This document shows positions 21,160-30,659 of a DNA stretch of 64,000 nucleotides, one piece after another. The DNA is from an uncultured Nitrososphaerales archaeon (GTDB lineage Archaea; Thermoproteota; Nitrososphaeria; Nitrososphaerales; Nitrososphaeraceae), in assembly GCA_963695855.1 (NCBI GenBank), contig CAVOHZ010000010.1, forward strand, positions 1,664,001 through 1,728,000, written 5' to 3'. A program made the translations under genes and the position numbers. Within the stretch, counting starts at the first letter, position 1. Every line of letters starts with the position of its first letter. A model generated the notes under the pieces. It did no database searches, was not told the origin of the DNA, and saw nothing but the letters and a program-made list of their open reading frames with translations.

Positions 21160-21273
21160 ATGTCCAATAAGTGCAAGTGCTGGGTTTGCTCGTTTTTAAC
21201 TGAATGTGCGGACCAAAAAGTATATCAACAATCTACACACATGCAGAAAGTTCTAGGTAAGAAGAGGTCATGA
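21160..21273 (+). CDS. Tiny Cys-rich protein (37 aa)
   Basis: MSNKCKCWVCS..EC; ATGA overlap with the helicase start. Confidence 0.45.
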   Translation: MSNKCKCWVCSFLTECADQKVYQQSTHMQKVLGKKRS

Positions 21274-22751
21274 CTTCAACACCAGGAGGTTTTGATTCCG
21301 AATATACCAAAAACGCACATTACGATGTTTTTGGTACACGTATGGCTGATTTTAGTGATGCAAGAAAGAAAAAGCAGGAACTGATAGAGGACGGTACAAG
21401 ATTTGTCATGGCCCGACATATTTTTTTGACAGTTGAGGAAACAAAAGAAATTCTATACTATGACAAGGATAAAGGAGTTTATGTATCTGGGGGAGAACTA
21501 ATAATTGAAAAAGACCTAGAAGATATATTTGAATTTAAATTAAGAGTTGTAGACATATCAGAAATAAAAGGCCACATAATGAGGAAAACGTACGTAAAAA
21601 TGGAGGAATTTGATGCTGATCTTGATATTTTAAACATGAAAAACGGCCTATACAACTGGAGGACAAACAAATTGAAGCCACATACACCCGAATACTATTC
21701 TATGATACAGTGTGGTGTCAAATACGATTCCAGGGCAAAACCAAAATACTTTATGACATTCCTAAAGGAAGTTTTGTATGCTGAGAACATAAGAACAGCC
21801 TTGGAGATAATTGCATATACCTTCATACGTTTACATTTGTTTGAGTGCTACTTTATTTTAGTAGGCACCGGCTCTAACGGTAAGAGTGTGTTTGTAGGTG
21901 TGTTATGTGCTCTACACGGGAAGGATAATACCGCTAATGTCTCTTTGAAGGAACTGGTAGAAGACAGGTTTGCTCTTGCGGACCTAGTTGGAAAGAATGT
22001 AAATGTAGATACTGAACTATCAAGCAGCAGTATAAAGGATATGTCTATTCTCAAGAAACTTACAGGAAATCAACCGATAAGGGTACAGAAGAAAGGACAA
22101 CATGCCTTTGAGTCTGTGCTATGGGCCAAGCAGATATTTAACGCCAACCAGTTACCGGTAACAGATGATCATACAGACGCTCACTTTAGAAGAGAGATAA
22201 CGCTATCGTTCCCATATCAGTTCAAGGAAAAAAAAGATGATGATGATACTATAATAGGTACAGTAGAGGAGGATGAACCCAATGTCAAGACGGCAGATAT
22301 TCACATGTTAAAGAAACTTACAACCAAGAAAGAACTGTCAGGGATTTTCAACCTTGTAGCCAAGTCCATGAGGGCAATAGATCGCAATAAGAAGATATAT
22401 GCAGATTCTAAATCTATTGATGATAGAAGAGAAAAAGCGGAATTAACGAGGGACCCTATAGGTGCATTTGTCGATATCTGTAAGGTACAGCCAATAGCAC
22501 CAACATCAAACAGTTTTATGTTAAAAGAGGATCTCTACAAAATATTCAAGAATTTCTGTGAAGTGAAGAAGTTACATGTACCAAGTTATGGGGAATTTGC
22601 TGAAATAATGAGGAAAGAACACGGTTACAAAAATAAACGAAAGATGATACTTGGAAAGAAGGAAACTGTCTGGTATGTTGAGGTGAATAATCCAACTGGA
22701 GAAGAGGAAGTCGAAAGTGAAGATGTAGCAAATAACAACATAAACAACTAA
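21270..22751 (+). CDS. D5/P4-family SF3 helicase (no primase domain)
   Basis: LNMKNGLY..LKPHTPEYY (D5_N), Walker A GTGSNGKS, LKKLTG, NANQLP, AHFRR. Confidence 0.92.
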   Translation: MTSTPGGFDSEYTKNAHYDVFGTRMADFSDARKKKQELIEDGTRFVMARHIFLTVEETKEILYYDKDKGVYVSGGELIIEKDLEDIFEFKLRVVDISEIKGHIMRKTYVKMEEFDADLDILNMKNGLYNWRTNKLKPHTPEYYSMIQCGVKYDSRAKPKYFMTFLKEVLYAENIRTALEIIAYTFIRLHLFECYFILVGTGSNGKSVFVGVLCALHGKDNTANVSLKELVEDRFALADLVGKNVNVDTELSSSSIKDMSILKKLTGNQPIRVQKKGQHAFESVLWAKQIFNANQLPVTDDHTDAHFRREITLSFPYQFKEKKDDDDTIIGTVEEDEPNVKTADIHMLKKLTTKKELSGIFNLVAKSMRAIDRNKKIYADSKSIDDRREKAELTRDPIGAFVDICKVQPIAPTSNSFMLKEDLYKIFKNFCEVKKLHVPSYGEFAEIMRKEHGYKNKRKMILGKKETVWYVEVNNPTGEEEVESEDVANNNINN

Positions 22752-22798
22752 AAATATTTTTAATATCCTATTATTAACTAATTACTGATTGTTGTAAA

Positions 22799-23050
22799 GT
22801 GGCTAGAAGTAATATTCCAGGGATTGATAGCAGACTTACAAGGCTGGTAGATCCTTCATCAGAAGCAGCAGGTAGAACCATGCAACTAACAGCAGAGACT
22901 TATCAGGTATTGAAGGAACACGCATCTCGATATTATTCAAGTCCCCGTTATGATGAAGTGTTAGTTAATCTGGTAAAGTTCTACGAGGAGAAGGAGGGTC
23001 CAAAACACTACGCTCATTATAACAACGTCAATATTATGACGATTGATTGA
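22799..23050 (+). CDS. RHH-like small protein
   Basis: RTMQLTAETYQVLK..YDEVLVNLVKFYE. Confidence 0.6.
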   Translation: MARSNIPGIDSRLTRLVDPSSEAAGRTMQLTAETYQVLKEHASRYYSSPRYDEVLVNLVKFYEEKEGPKHYAHYNNVNIMTID

Positions 23051-23107
23051 TTAGTTATAATAATTAATTCAAAATAAATAAAAAAGAAAAAAAATTGATG
23101 ATTATAT

Positions 23108-23818
23108 TTAGGGCGGTCCTATAATGAATTCAACTCCTGCGTCTTCAAGACATTCTATCAAATCATCAACAACTTCTGGATCTACACCAGGTAGAGCCAA
23201 CCTGAAAGCATCTTCAGGAATGACTGATCCATCTTCAGGATTAACAAATAGTATACAAAATCGTTCGATCGATTCAACTCCAAATAGTTCTACAAAAGTG
23301 GTAATTTCGTCTGGAGATAGAAATTCTTCAAAACATTCTTCACATGTTCTTTGTGGAGTACTAGTTCTTATCTGTTCATTCACATTAACATTTACACATA
23401 TGTTTACAAGGTTTTTCTCGAAGTTTATTTTATCAAAGCCATTTTCATTTTGTGCGTTTGCTGCCTCTGGACCCGCTCCCTCATTTGTTGCTGCAGTAGC
23501 AGTAGTGTCTTCAGGTATTTGGGTAATATCTATTCCATTGACATTTATGTTACTGTTTACACAGGATATTTTCTGGATATCTCCATAACTCTTTTTTTGA
23601 TGGTTATTGTCATAACCGTACTTGTTGTCGTCTTGGTAATAGTAGTTGCTATTATATCCATATTGATCACCATAGTAGGAATGTCGATCGTCATCATAAC
23701 CTTCACTGCCATATGGCATTGCTTGTGCGTTTGTAATTGTTGATGGGTTTAGAGCCAGTATACTTGTCGCTAGTATTGCCCCTAGTATAGAAGCAAATAC
23801 TATCATTCTATTGCTCAT
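23108..23818 (-). CDS. Secreted/surface protein with Tyr/Asp-rich linker
   Basis: Signal peptide, YGYD-rich tract, KISCVNSNINVNG and NLVNICVNVN, acidic Cys-containing C-terminal domain. Confidence 0.8.
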   Translation of the reverse strand: MSNRMIVFASILGAILATSILALNPSTITNAQAMPYGSEGYDDDRHSYYGDQYGYNSNYYYQDDNKYGYDNNHQKKSYGDIQKISCVNSNINVNGIDITQIPEDTTATAATNEGAGPEAANAQNENGFDKINFEKNLVNICVNVNVNEQIRTSTPQRTCEECFEEFLSPDEITTFVELFGVESIERFCILFVNPEDGSVIPEDAFRLALPGVDPEVVDDLIECLEDAGVEFIIGPP

Positions 23819-24025
23819 TACATTGTTAAATGTGAATTTATTATATCTAAGGTTGGAAGGAACATTATCTAATCCTGTAATATTTTATCATGCTGAATTA
23901 TTGAATATAAGAAGAATAGCAATTGATCTACAAGTACAATATTAGATGTTATAATAATCTCAAGAATTCTGTTTTGTTAGTTTGTTAGTTAATTAATTAC
24001 CAAGAATTGGTACAAAAATAAAAAA
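23811..24025 (-). repeat. Upstream module copy 1 (near-identical to 25515..25730, partial copy at 25036..25143)
   Basis: Shared CATTACATT..AGGTTGGAAGGAACATTATCTAAT..CATGCTGAATTATTGAATATAAGAAGAATAG. Confidence 0.9.
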
Positions 24026-24031
24026 AGTGGA

Positions 24032-25042
24032 TTAAGGTCCCAATGGACTGTTCTGGCAGACTACGAATGCTTTGAGGGAAATACCTGATCCAACTCCAAC
24101 TCCTGTTACATTCCAGCCTGTTCCATCTGTTGTCATACGAGATGTTTCTACGGTAGATGCCCCTGCTTTTGTAAACCCTCCACCGGTTACAACATCATCG
24201 TCTTCACAGTTAGCGATTGAACTTAAGGCAATGCCTGTTGTATCAGCAGTACCTTCATTTTGATAGGTAGTTGGTGTGAATGCTATATTACAAACCTCTG
24301 CAGTTGCGTCTACAACCCATACACCTTCCAAGTCACTAAGCGGTGGACATTGTTCTGCTGGGGTTGCTGCATCACAGAGTTGTGGGTCTGTTACTATTGC
24401 ACTACCCAAGTTAGAATCTGCTTTACATGTAAAGGTTGGAACATCTATACTACAATTTGCATCAGTTGCTTCTACTACCCATACACCTTCCAAGTCAGTA
24501 AGTGGTCCACACTGTTCTGCTGGGGTTGCTACATTACACAGATCTGGGTCTGTTACTTTTGCACCTGCACCCAAGTTAGAATCTGCTTCACATGTAAACA
24601 AGGTGACTTCTTGAGGTGGTTGTGAATCAGCAATACCTCTTGTCTGTTCGTTGCCATTAGCATTTACACAAACGTTTACAAGGTTTCTGTCAAAGTTTAT
24701 TTTATCGAGTCCGTTACCAATCTCTGTATTTGCGGCTTCTGGACCTCCTTCATTTGCTGCTTCTAAGGCAGTATTGTCGCGAGGTATCTCGGTAACATCT
24801 ACACCATTTACGTTGAGGTTACTATTTCTACAATTTATTTTCTGGATATCTGTGTAAGAACTCTTTTGATCTTTTTTATCATAACTATACCTATTGTCGT
24901 CTTGGTAATAGTTATTGTCGTATCCATACTGATTGTCGTACATTTCCGCTTGTGCATTCCATATCATTGATGGGCTTAAAGCCAATAGACCTGCGGCTAC
25001 TATCACTGTGATAGAAGCCAGAACTATCTTGTTATTGGTCAT
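24032..25042 (-). CDS. Paralogous secreted/surface protein with two ~54-aa Cys-rich repeats
   Basis: N-terminal half homologous to 23108..23818; FTC.ADSNLG..VTDP.LC..ATPAEQC..DLEGVWVV occurs twice; C-terminal CEDDDVVTGGGF. Confidence 0.8.
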   Translation of the reverse strand: MTNNKIVLASITVIVAAGLLALSPSMIWNAQAEMYDNQYGYDNNYYQDDNRYSYDKKDQKSSYTDIQKINCRNSNLNVNGVDVTEIPRDNTALEAANEGGPEAANTEIGNGLDKINFDRNLVNVCVNANGNEQTRGIADSQPPQEVTLFTCEADSNLGAGAKVTDPDLCNVATPAEQCGPLTDLEGVWVVEATDANCSIDVPTFTCKADSNLGSAIVTDPQLCDAATPAEQCPPLSDLEGVWVVDATAEVCNIAFTPTTYQNEGTADTTGIALSSIANCEDDDVVTGGGFTKAGASTVETSRMTTDGTGWNVTGVGVGSGISLKAFVVCQNSPLGP

Positions 25043-25143
25043 TACATTCTTAAATACGAATTTAATATATCTGAGGTTGGAAGGAACATTATCTAATGGT
25101 GTAATATTTTATCATGCTGAATTATTGAATATAAGAAGAATAG
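25036..25143 (-). repeat. Upstream module copy 2 (partial)
   Basis: ~108 bp matching 23812-23919. Confidence 0.85.
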
Positions 25144-25245
25144 AAAATGATATTTAGGTGGAAAGAAAGTGAAATCCTAGCATTACAGCAACCAATACAG
25201 GTCCACGAAAGACCCAAGATAAGAAATAATATCAGCATGACAAGC

Positions 25246-25292
25246 ATAGAGGGGATGGGATTTGAACCCGTTACGTGCATTCAATGGTTTGT
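25246..25292 (-). repeat. Internal degenerate att site
   Basis: GAGGGGATGGGATTTGAACCC followed by GTTACGTGCATTCAATGGTTT, similar to 13961-14008. Confidence 0.8.
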
Positions 25293-25345
25293 GCAGTTCA
25301 TACTTAAGAAACAGATAGAAACTAAAATTGAAGAATTATAGACAT

Positions 25346-25522
25346 TTAATCTTCAAAGAAAGGTCTATGTTGAACATCGAAACCTGGAGAGATATTTGCA
25401 AATTGCATTATTGTGATCATTTTGCATATTTTGTCCTGTAACTCTGAATGTTCAATGAATTTCTTTTTACAAATAGGACATTTAGTTTCTTTTCCTACAT
25501 TCATAATGTTACTATTGCTCAT
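25346..25522 (-). CDS. Small zinc-finger protein (58 aa)
   Basis: MSNSNIMNVGKETKCPICKKKFIEHS..KIC; ATG at the same module position as the two secreted paralogues. Confidence 0.6.
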   Translation of the reverse strand: MSNSNIMNVGKETKCPICKKKFIEHSELQDKICKMITIMQFANISPGFDVQHRPFFED

Positions 25523-25730
25523 TACATTCTTAAATACGATTTTATTATATCTAAGGTTGGAAGGAACATTATCTAATCCTGTAATATTTTATCATGCTGA
25601 ATTATTGAATATAAGAAGAATAGCAATTGATCTACAAGTACAATATGAGATGTTATAATAATCTCAAGAATTATATTTTGTTAGTTTGTTAGTTAATTAA
25701 TTACCAAGAATTGGTACAAAACAAAAAATA
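25515..25730 (-). repeat. Upstream module copy 3
   Basis: ~215 bp near-identical to 23811..24025. Confidence 0.9.
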
Positions 25731-25747
25731 AGAATTATTAAGAGTAC

Positions 25748-25915
25748 ATGTTTGCTCTGTTTCTCGACTTTAGCGTCTTTCCTTTCCTGTTGTTGCTTCT
25801 TATCGTACTCGTATCGTGGAGGTCCACCATTATGCATGATCATAGTTATACATTCATCCCATGAAGAATTCACAAACTGTTCATAAGTATAGTTACCAGT
25901 TCTAAACGTTGGACC
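25748..25915 (-). pseudogene. 3' fragment of the gene family seen at 9112..9675
   Basis: GPTFRTGNYTYEQFVNSSWDECITMIMHNGGPPRYEYDKKQQ. Confidence 0.55.
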
Positions 25916-26043
25916 TTTGAAAATAAACTGTATATTATTAACGAATATGTATTAATATAAAGGTATGAAATAATAAAAAATATTAATTGTTGACTAGCAA
26001 CTAAAACCATGACTTTTTATGCAAGCAATCTATAGAGAAAGAC

Positions 26044-26547
26044 ATGAAAATTCTATTATTGGGATTATTCATGTTGTGTCTTATTCCCTACATGCCTAGT
26101 ATTTTTGCACAAACACAAAATAACAATAACCAGCAATTAATAGAGTTAGTTAACGAGGAAAATGCGAGATATGAAAAAGTGCATGATTCATTTGTAACTG
26201 GGTTGCTCATGGCTTGTTCGCGTGAGGAATTGGTTGTTTTCAACTTCGAGGCAGAATGCACGAATGCAAGGAATGACATCCAAAAAGGAGGTCTTACTGA
26301 TCAGGCATTTGATGATCTGGAGATAAGATATGCTTCACTTCTGGAGAAATTTGGACTAGACGAGCCTGAAAAAGTTACTATGGCATGTGCGAATGAAGTG
26401 CAAGTTTTACAAGACTATACAAATTTGAACGCTTGTGCTCACTTCATGCAAGAATATAATAATTTAATGCAAAAAACACTGGATACTTATAAAGATTTGA
26501 AAGAGAAGATGTGTCTTTCAAAAACTAATGATCTTGCTTGTATTTAG
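26044..26547 (+). CDS. Secreted Cys-containing helical protein
   Basis: Signal peptide ending IFAQ; six Cys in the mature part. Confidence 0.75.
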   Translation: MKILLLGLFMLCLIPYMPSIFAQTQNNNNQQLIELVNEENARYEKVHDSFVTGLLMACSREELVVFNFEAECTNARNDIQKGGLTDQAFDDLEIRYASLLEKFGLDEPEKVTMACANEVQVLQDYTNLNACAHFMQEYNNLMQKTLDTYKDLKEKMCLSKTNDLACI

Positions 26548-26868
26548 ACTACCTAATCATCTTTATTCTTTTTATGATACTGGTATACTTCTGCCTTTTC
26601 GTCTAATGCATAGGAAGAATAGAAAATAATTTTTAATTAAATTTTTGTGGACAGGTCCACAATTATTTTAGTTAATCAACTAACCAAAAATATTTTTAAC
26701 AAAGAACCAATTACTTTTATTTAGTTGTTATCGCGTTATGGCTAGACTATCTTCTGATAATATTATTATAAAAAAGAGTAGATTATTGTTATGGCGAATT
26801 TGACAATATTTTCAAAAATAATGGAAAACAAAATTAATTCAATACTCGAAAAAATTAATATTTCTAAA

Positions 26869-27879
26869 TTATATTGATTCTTGTAATTGATATGTCTTTT
26901 CTTTTTGTTTTAAATTATTTGTTTGATTTTTCAGTATATCATCATATAGATTAATTAAATCAAAAATATTCTTTTCATATATTTTTGTATTTCTTACTTC
27001 TCGATCATAAATTGGATCAAATTTTTTTTCGCATGTTATTTGTCTGAACTTGATATAATTTTTATTATCATTAGTTATGTATATCATAGCCTTTAGTAAA
27101 TTTTCTATATTCTCTTGAATTATTTTATTCCTTGGTATAAAATTATATAAAAAGATACCTTCCAATTGATCCAAAAAAGAGGAAGATAAACTTCCATGAA
27201 CACTGTGAGACCTATGAAAAATAATCTTTTCAACAAGACCTTGATCTTCAGGAAAACCTTCAGGAAAACCATCAAAATTTTCTTCAACTATCGCTACGCT
27301 TTTTGCTTCAGCAATGATCTGAAACTGCTTCATTAATTCATCAGAGAGAATCCTACTTAGAATCATCTTGGATATTTCGTTAACTTTGAAATCCGATATT
27401 ATTTTAAAAAATCTGTATATTAACAAATTACATATATTTTTTATATATAGTTCTGTAACAGAATCTAATGTATTATTGTATTGTTCAAAAGAATTTAAAT
27501 CATTTTTTGTCCATCCACTATTTAATAACAAACTTCTTCTTCCCCTTTCATCCGCTTTCATCAATTTTTCATATTTTTTAACTTCATTTTGTAATGATGA
27601 AAATTTCTTATGAATATAATCAACATTATCAAATAAGTCCGTTATTTCTGTGCCTAATGGGGTAAGAATTTTGAGTTCTTTTTGTTTATTCACTTTTTTT
27701 ATCTCCAAAATCTTTCCATCTTTAAGCAATTTTATTGCTCTTTTAATTGCTGGGCCATCCTTGCTACCGGTTGCTTCATTCACTTCTTTTACGATTCTGT
27801 TTACCCATAAGTTTTCATTTTTGTGAGTGCAATATACATTTAAAATATCTATACATTTAGAAACTGGGAGCGTTTCCAT
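26869..27879 (-). CDS. Hypothetical protein with N-terminal winged helix
   Basis: IKRAIKLLKDGKILEIKK..ILTPLG; divergent from the nuclease cluster. Confidence 0.7.
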   Translation of the reverse strand: METLPVSKCIDILNVYCTHKNENLWVNRIVKEVNEATGSKDGPAIKRAIKLLKDGKILEIKKVNKQKELKILTPLGTEITDLFDNVDYIHKKFSSLQNEVKKYEKLMKADERGRRSLLLNSGWTKNDLNSFEQYNNTLDSVTELYIKNICNLLIYRFFKIISDFKVNEISKMILSRILSDELMKQFQIIAEAKSVAIVEENFDGFPEGFPEDQGLVEKIIFHRSHSVHGSLSSSFLDQLEGIFLYNFIPRNKIIQENIENLLKAMIYITNDNKNYIKFRQITCEKKFDPIYDREVRNTKIYEKNIFDLINLYDDILKNQTNNLKQKEKTYQLQESI

Positions 27880-28092
27880 TCTGGTTGTTAATTACTACGA
27901 GTTTATATATTAATAAATGTTTTTAATACTAATGATTCATAAAAATTTCAATTCGATTCAAACGTATCATCGAGTTTGGCTGAAAAATAGAAAATCATTG
28001 ATGATAGGTATGCTGGCAACAATAGCATACCTTGTAAATTTAAGTACAAAATCGATGAAAAAATTAGAAGATGAATTTACTTCATTTCAAAA

Positions 28093-28350
28093 ATGGAGGC
28101 AATTTACTTGACTAGCAATAATTATCCAAATATCAAATGTCTCTATTGCGATGCAAGAATAGCAACTGGTTACCCACATTCATTCTATCACGCCTACAAA
28201 GAGCATCCTGAAAAGATAAGAGAAGTCTTTGAAAATGGATATAGATTGATACCCTTGGACATACGAAAGTTGATGGTAAAGGAACGAATGTATAAAATGT
28301 TTTTAGAAACATTGGAAGAAATTGATAAATGTGAAAAGGAACTGATGTAA
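28093..28350 (+). CDS. C2H2-like zinc-finger protein
   Basis: KCLYC..FYHAYKEHP. Confidence 0.65.
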   Translation: MEAIYLTSNNYPNIKCLYCDARIATGYPHSFYHAYKEHPEKIREVFENGYRLIPLDIRKLMVKERMYKMFLETLEEIDKCEKELM

Positions 28351-28448
28351 TAAATATGACTAAATTTTTAGATACAGATTATGATCATCTTTTTAGATGC
28401 GGTTATATGAAACAAAATAATTCAATTGTACAAGTGGAGGAATCTTAA

Positions 28449-29279
28449 TTGTCTAACACTTATCAAAATGGTCATTCAAACAATAGCGAAAAAGAAACAA
28501 CACAATTAAAAAATATAGGGAATGTCTCAAAGAAAGAGGCTGTAGAAGAATTACAGACAACATTTGGATCTATTAGATTGAAATTAAATACTAAATTATT
28601 TAACTCGTCCATATTTTCAATAATACAAGATAATCCTTGTCTTGTAAAATGTATACATGATTTAAGAAATAAAAATGATAATAATATTGATTCGTTTTAT
28701 ATTGCAAAACATGAATGGATAAAGAGGAAAATAATAGATGCGATATTGGATAAATTTGACAATCAAATAGAAGTAAGATCTGAATATAGTCTTTCTAATG
28801 GAAAATTAGATATAATCATATTACAAATGCTGTATGATAAAATCCAAATCCAGTACAAAACAAAAACAATTGCAATCGAGATAAAAAGTGGAGAGACAGT
28901 AAATAGTAAGTTTTTTTGTCAGATCGAAAGATATCTTACGGATACGGATGTATTGTTAATGATAAGAGTTCCTACTCAAGATGTTGTTGCTATTTATAGC
29001 GATAGAATCATGAATGAACTAATAGAAGATCTTTCGTTATTGAGAAGAAAAGCAGATAAAATATTATCCAATTCAGTAAAAAAAGTTCCTGGTGAATGGT
29101 GTAGGGAATGCAATGCAGATTGTGAATTTAAGAAATATCCTAAATGGAACTCTAGTCATAAAGGTTCGTTTAAAGGTTATGAGGAACTTCTAAAGGATGT
29201 AAATATTGTTATTACAAAATTAATTATAATTCTAGAACAAATACTTAAAGAATATCAACAAAAGGAAATTAAATCATGA
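28449..29279 (+). CDS. PD-(D/E)xK nuclease, Cas4/AddB-like
   Basis: KHEWIK, EYSL.NGKLDII, IAIEIKSG, QIERYL; N-terminal Cys (NPC) and C-terminal WCRECNADC. Confidence 0.75.
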   Translation: MSNTYQNGHSNNSEKETTQLKNIGNVSKKEAVEELQTTFGSIRLKLNTKLFNSSIFSIIQDNPCLVKCIHDLRNKNDNNIDSFYIAKHEWIKRKIIDAILDKFDNQIEVRSEYSLSNGKLDIIILQMLYDKIQIQYKTKTIAIEIKSGETVNSKFFCQIERYLTDTDVLLMIRVPTQDVVAIYSDRIMNELIEDLSLLRRKADKILSNSVKKVPGEWCRECNADCEFKKYPKWNSSHKGSFKGYEELLKDVNIVITKLIIILEQILKEYQQKEIKS

Positions 29280-30355
29280 CTAGCAATACTACTCATATAT
29301 GGAAATGTAGGCTTTGTCATAATAATTTTATTCCAAAAGATCTTAATTTATCACATCTTACAAGATCTGCACCAGTCTATTGTTCTATAGAATGTCGTAT
29401 TAAGGGTTCAAGAACACTTAAGACTATTCTTTGTGATAACCCTAATTGTGGCAAACCAATAAAAAGACAACCTAATCATATAAAAAGAAACAAGCATAAT
29501 TTTTGCAATAATTATTGCCATAAAATATGGCAACGAGAGAGTGGCTATATGGCCGGTGAACAAAATCCAGGATGGCTTGGAGGGCTTGACTGTCGTTATA
29601 GAGGGCCAAACTGGAATAAACAAAAACAAAAAGCATTAGAACAAGACAACTATACATGTCAAAAATGTGGTATTAAAAATGCAAATCTTGTAGTCCATCA
29701 TATAAGACCTTATCAATTATTTGATGATTGTATAAAAGCAAATGATCTGTCAAATCTAAGAACTTTATGTAAAAATTGTCATGGTATAGAGGAACATAAA
29801 TTTATTAAATCTAATCCCAATTTACTACAATTAAGAAGGATACCAAAGAATATTCCTCCTGTCAAAAAATGTATTAAGTGTAATAATATGTTTCAACCAT
29901 TGACCTATAAATCAAAGGCATGTGATAATTGTATGATAAGTAAATGTCTCAACTGTGCAAAAGATTATCGTGTAAAAGAATATTACAAGTTAAAAACTCA
30001 GAAATTCTGTAGTCCCCTCTGTGTATATAAATACTATAATAAGAAAGGTATCTGGCCAATTAGAAAGATAATACCATCTACTATAAAGAAGATGAAGATC
30101 TTGCGAGATCAAGGAATGTCATACAAAAAAATTGCAATTCAACTAGGGTTCAGTAAATATGCCGTTAGAAACAATTTGTTAAAATCCTTTGGTAGGAATG
30201 CTATTCAGTATTCTACTACTCATGTAGATAATACATTGATGGAGAAAATGCAAATACTAAGCAATCAAGGTCTTTCTACAAGAAATATTGCTACTCGATT
30301 AGGAATTGGCAAATCCACTGTTGCAAAATATTTAAAGAATCATAGGATGACATAG
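29276..30355 (+). CDS. HNH endonuclease with multiple Zn fingers and two C-terminal HTH motifs
   Basis: YTCQKCG..LVVHHIRP..NDLSNLRTLCKNCH; GMSYKKIAIQLG and GLSTRNIATRLGIGKSTV; ATGA overlap with the upstream gene. Confidence 0.88.
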   Translation: MTSNTTHIWKCRLCHNNFIPKDLNLSHLTRSAPVYCSIECRIKGSRTLKTILCDNPNCGKPIKRQPNHIKRNKHNFCNNYCHKIWQRESGYMAGEQNPGWLGGLDCRYRGPNWNKQKQKALEQDNYTCQKCGIKNANLVVHHIRPYQLFDDCIKANDLSNLRTLCKNCHGIEEHKFIKSNPNLLQLRRIPKNIPPVKKCIKCNNMFQPLTYKSKACDNCMISKCLNCAKDYRVKEYYKLKTQKFCSPLCVYKYYNKKGIWPIRKIIPSTIKKMKILRDQGMSYKKIAIQLGFSKYAVRNNLLKSFGRNAIQYSTTHVDNTLMEKMQILSNQGLSTRNIATRLGIGKSTVAKYLKNHRMT

Positions 30356-30659
30356 TAAATACTATAGAAGATGGATATTTTTAAATTACCTCGAGTTCTT
30401 TTATGATTTTTTTTGATTCGTCTTCTCCAATCTTTTAATACTTCCATATATACTCATGCCTATTAACTACATATCCTTTAACGAATTATTTAATATGGTC
30501 ATATTGGGATTTTATTGATAATGAATTACAATCAAGATTTAATTACCTTGATCCTTCTAATGAAGTCTTATTAAGTGTAATTTAGATATTTAATTATAAA
30601 CTGCAAATTATTTTATTAGAAAGAAGAATAAAATTAAAATACATAATGGTGATGCTTCC

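Noticed and set aside
24275-24600. ~160-bp direct repeat as a DGR TR/VR pair
   Set aside because: Both copies are inside one ORF, substitutions are of mixed type, and there is no RT
23124-25658. Plus-strand ORFs 23124, 23351, 24072-24857, 24933, 25147, 25413
   Set aside because: Antisense shadows of the secreted-protein genes or translations of the repeated upstream module and att site
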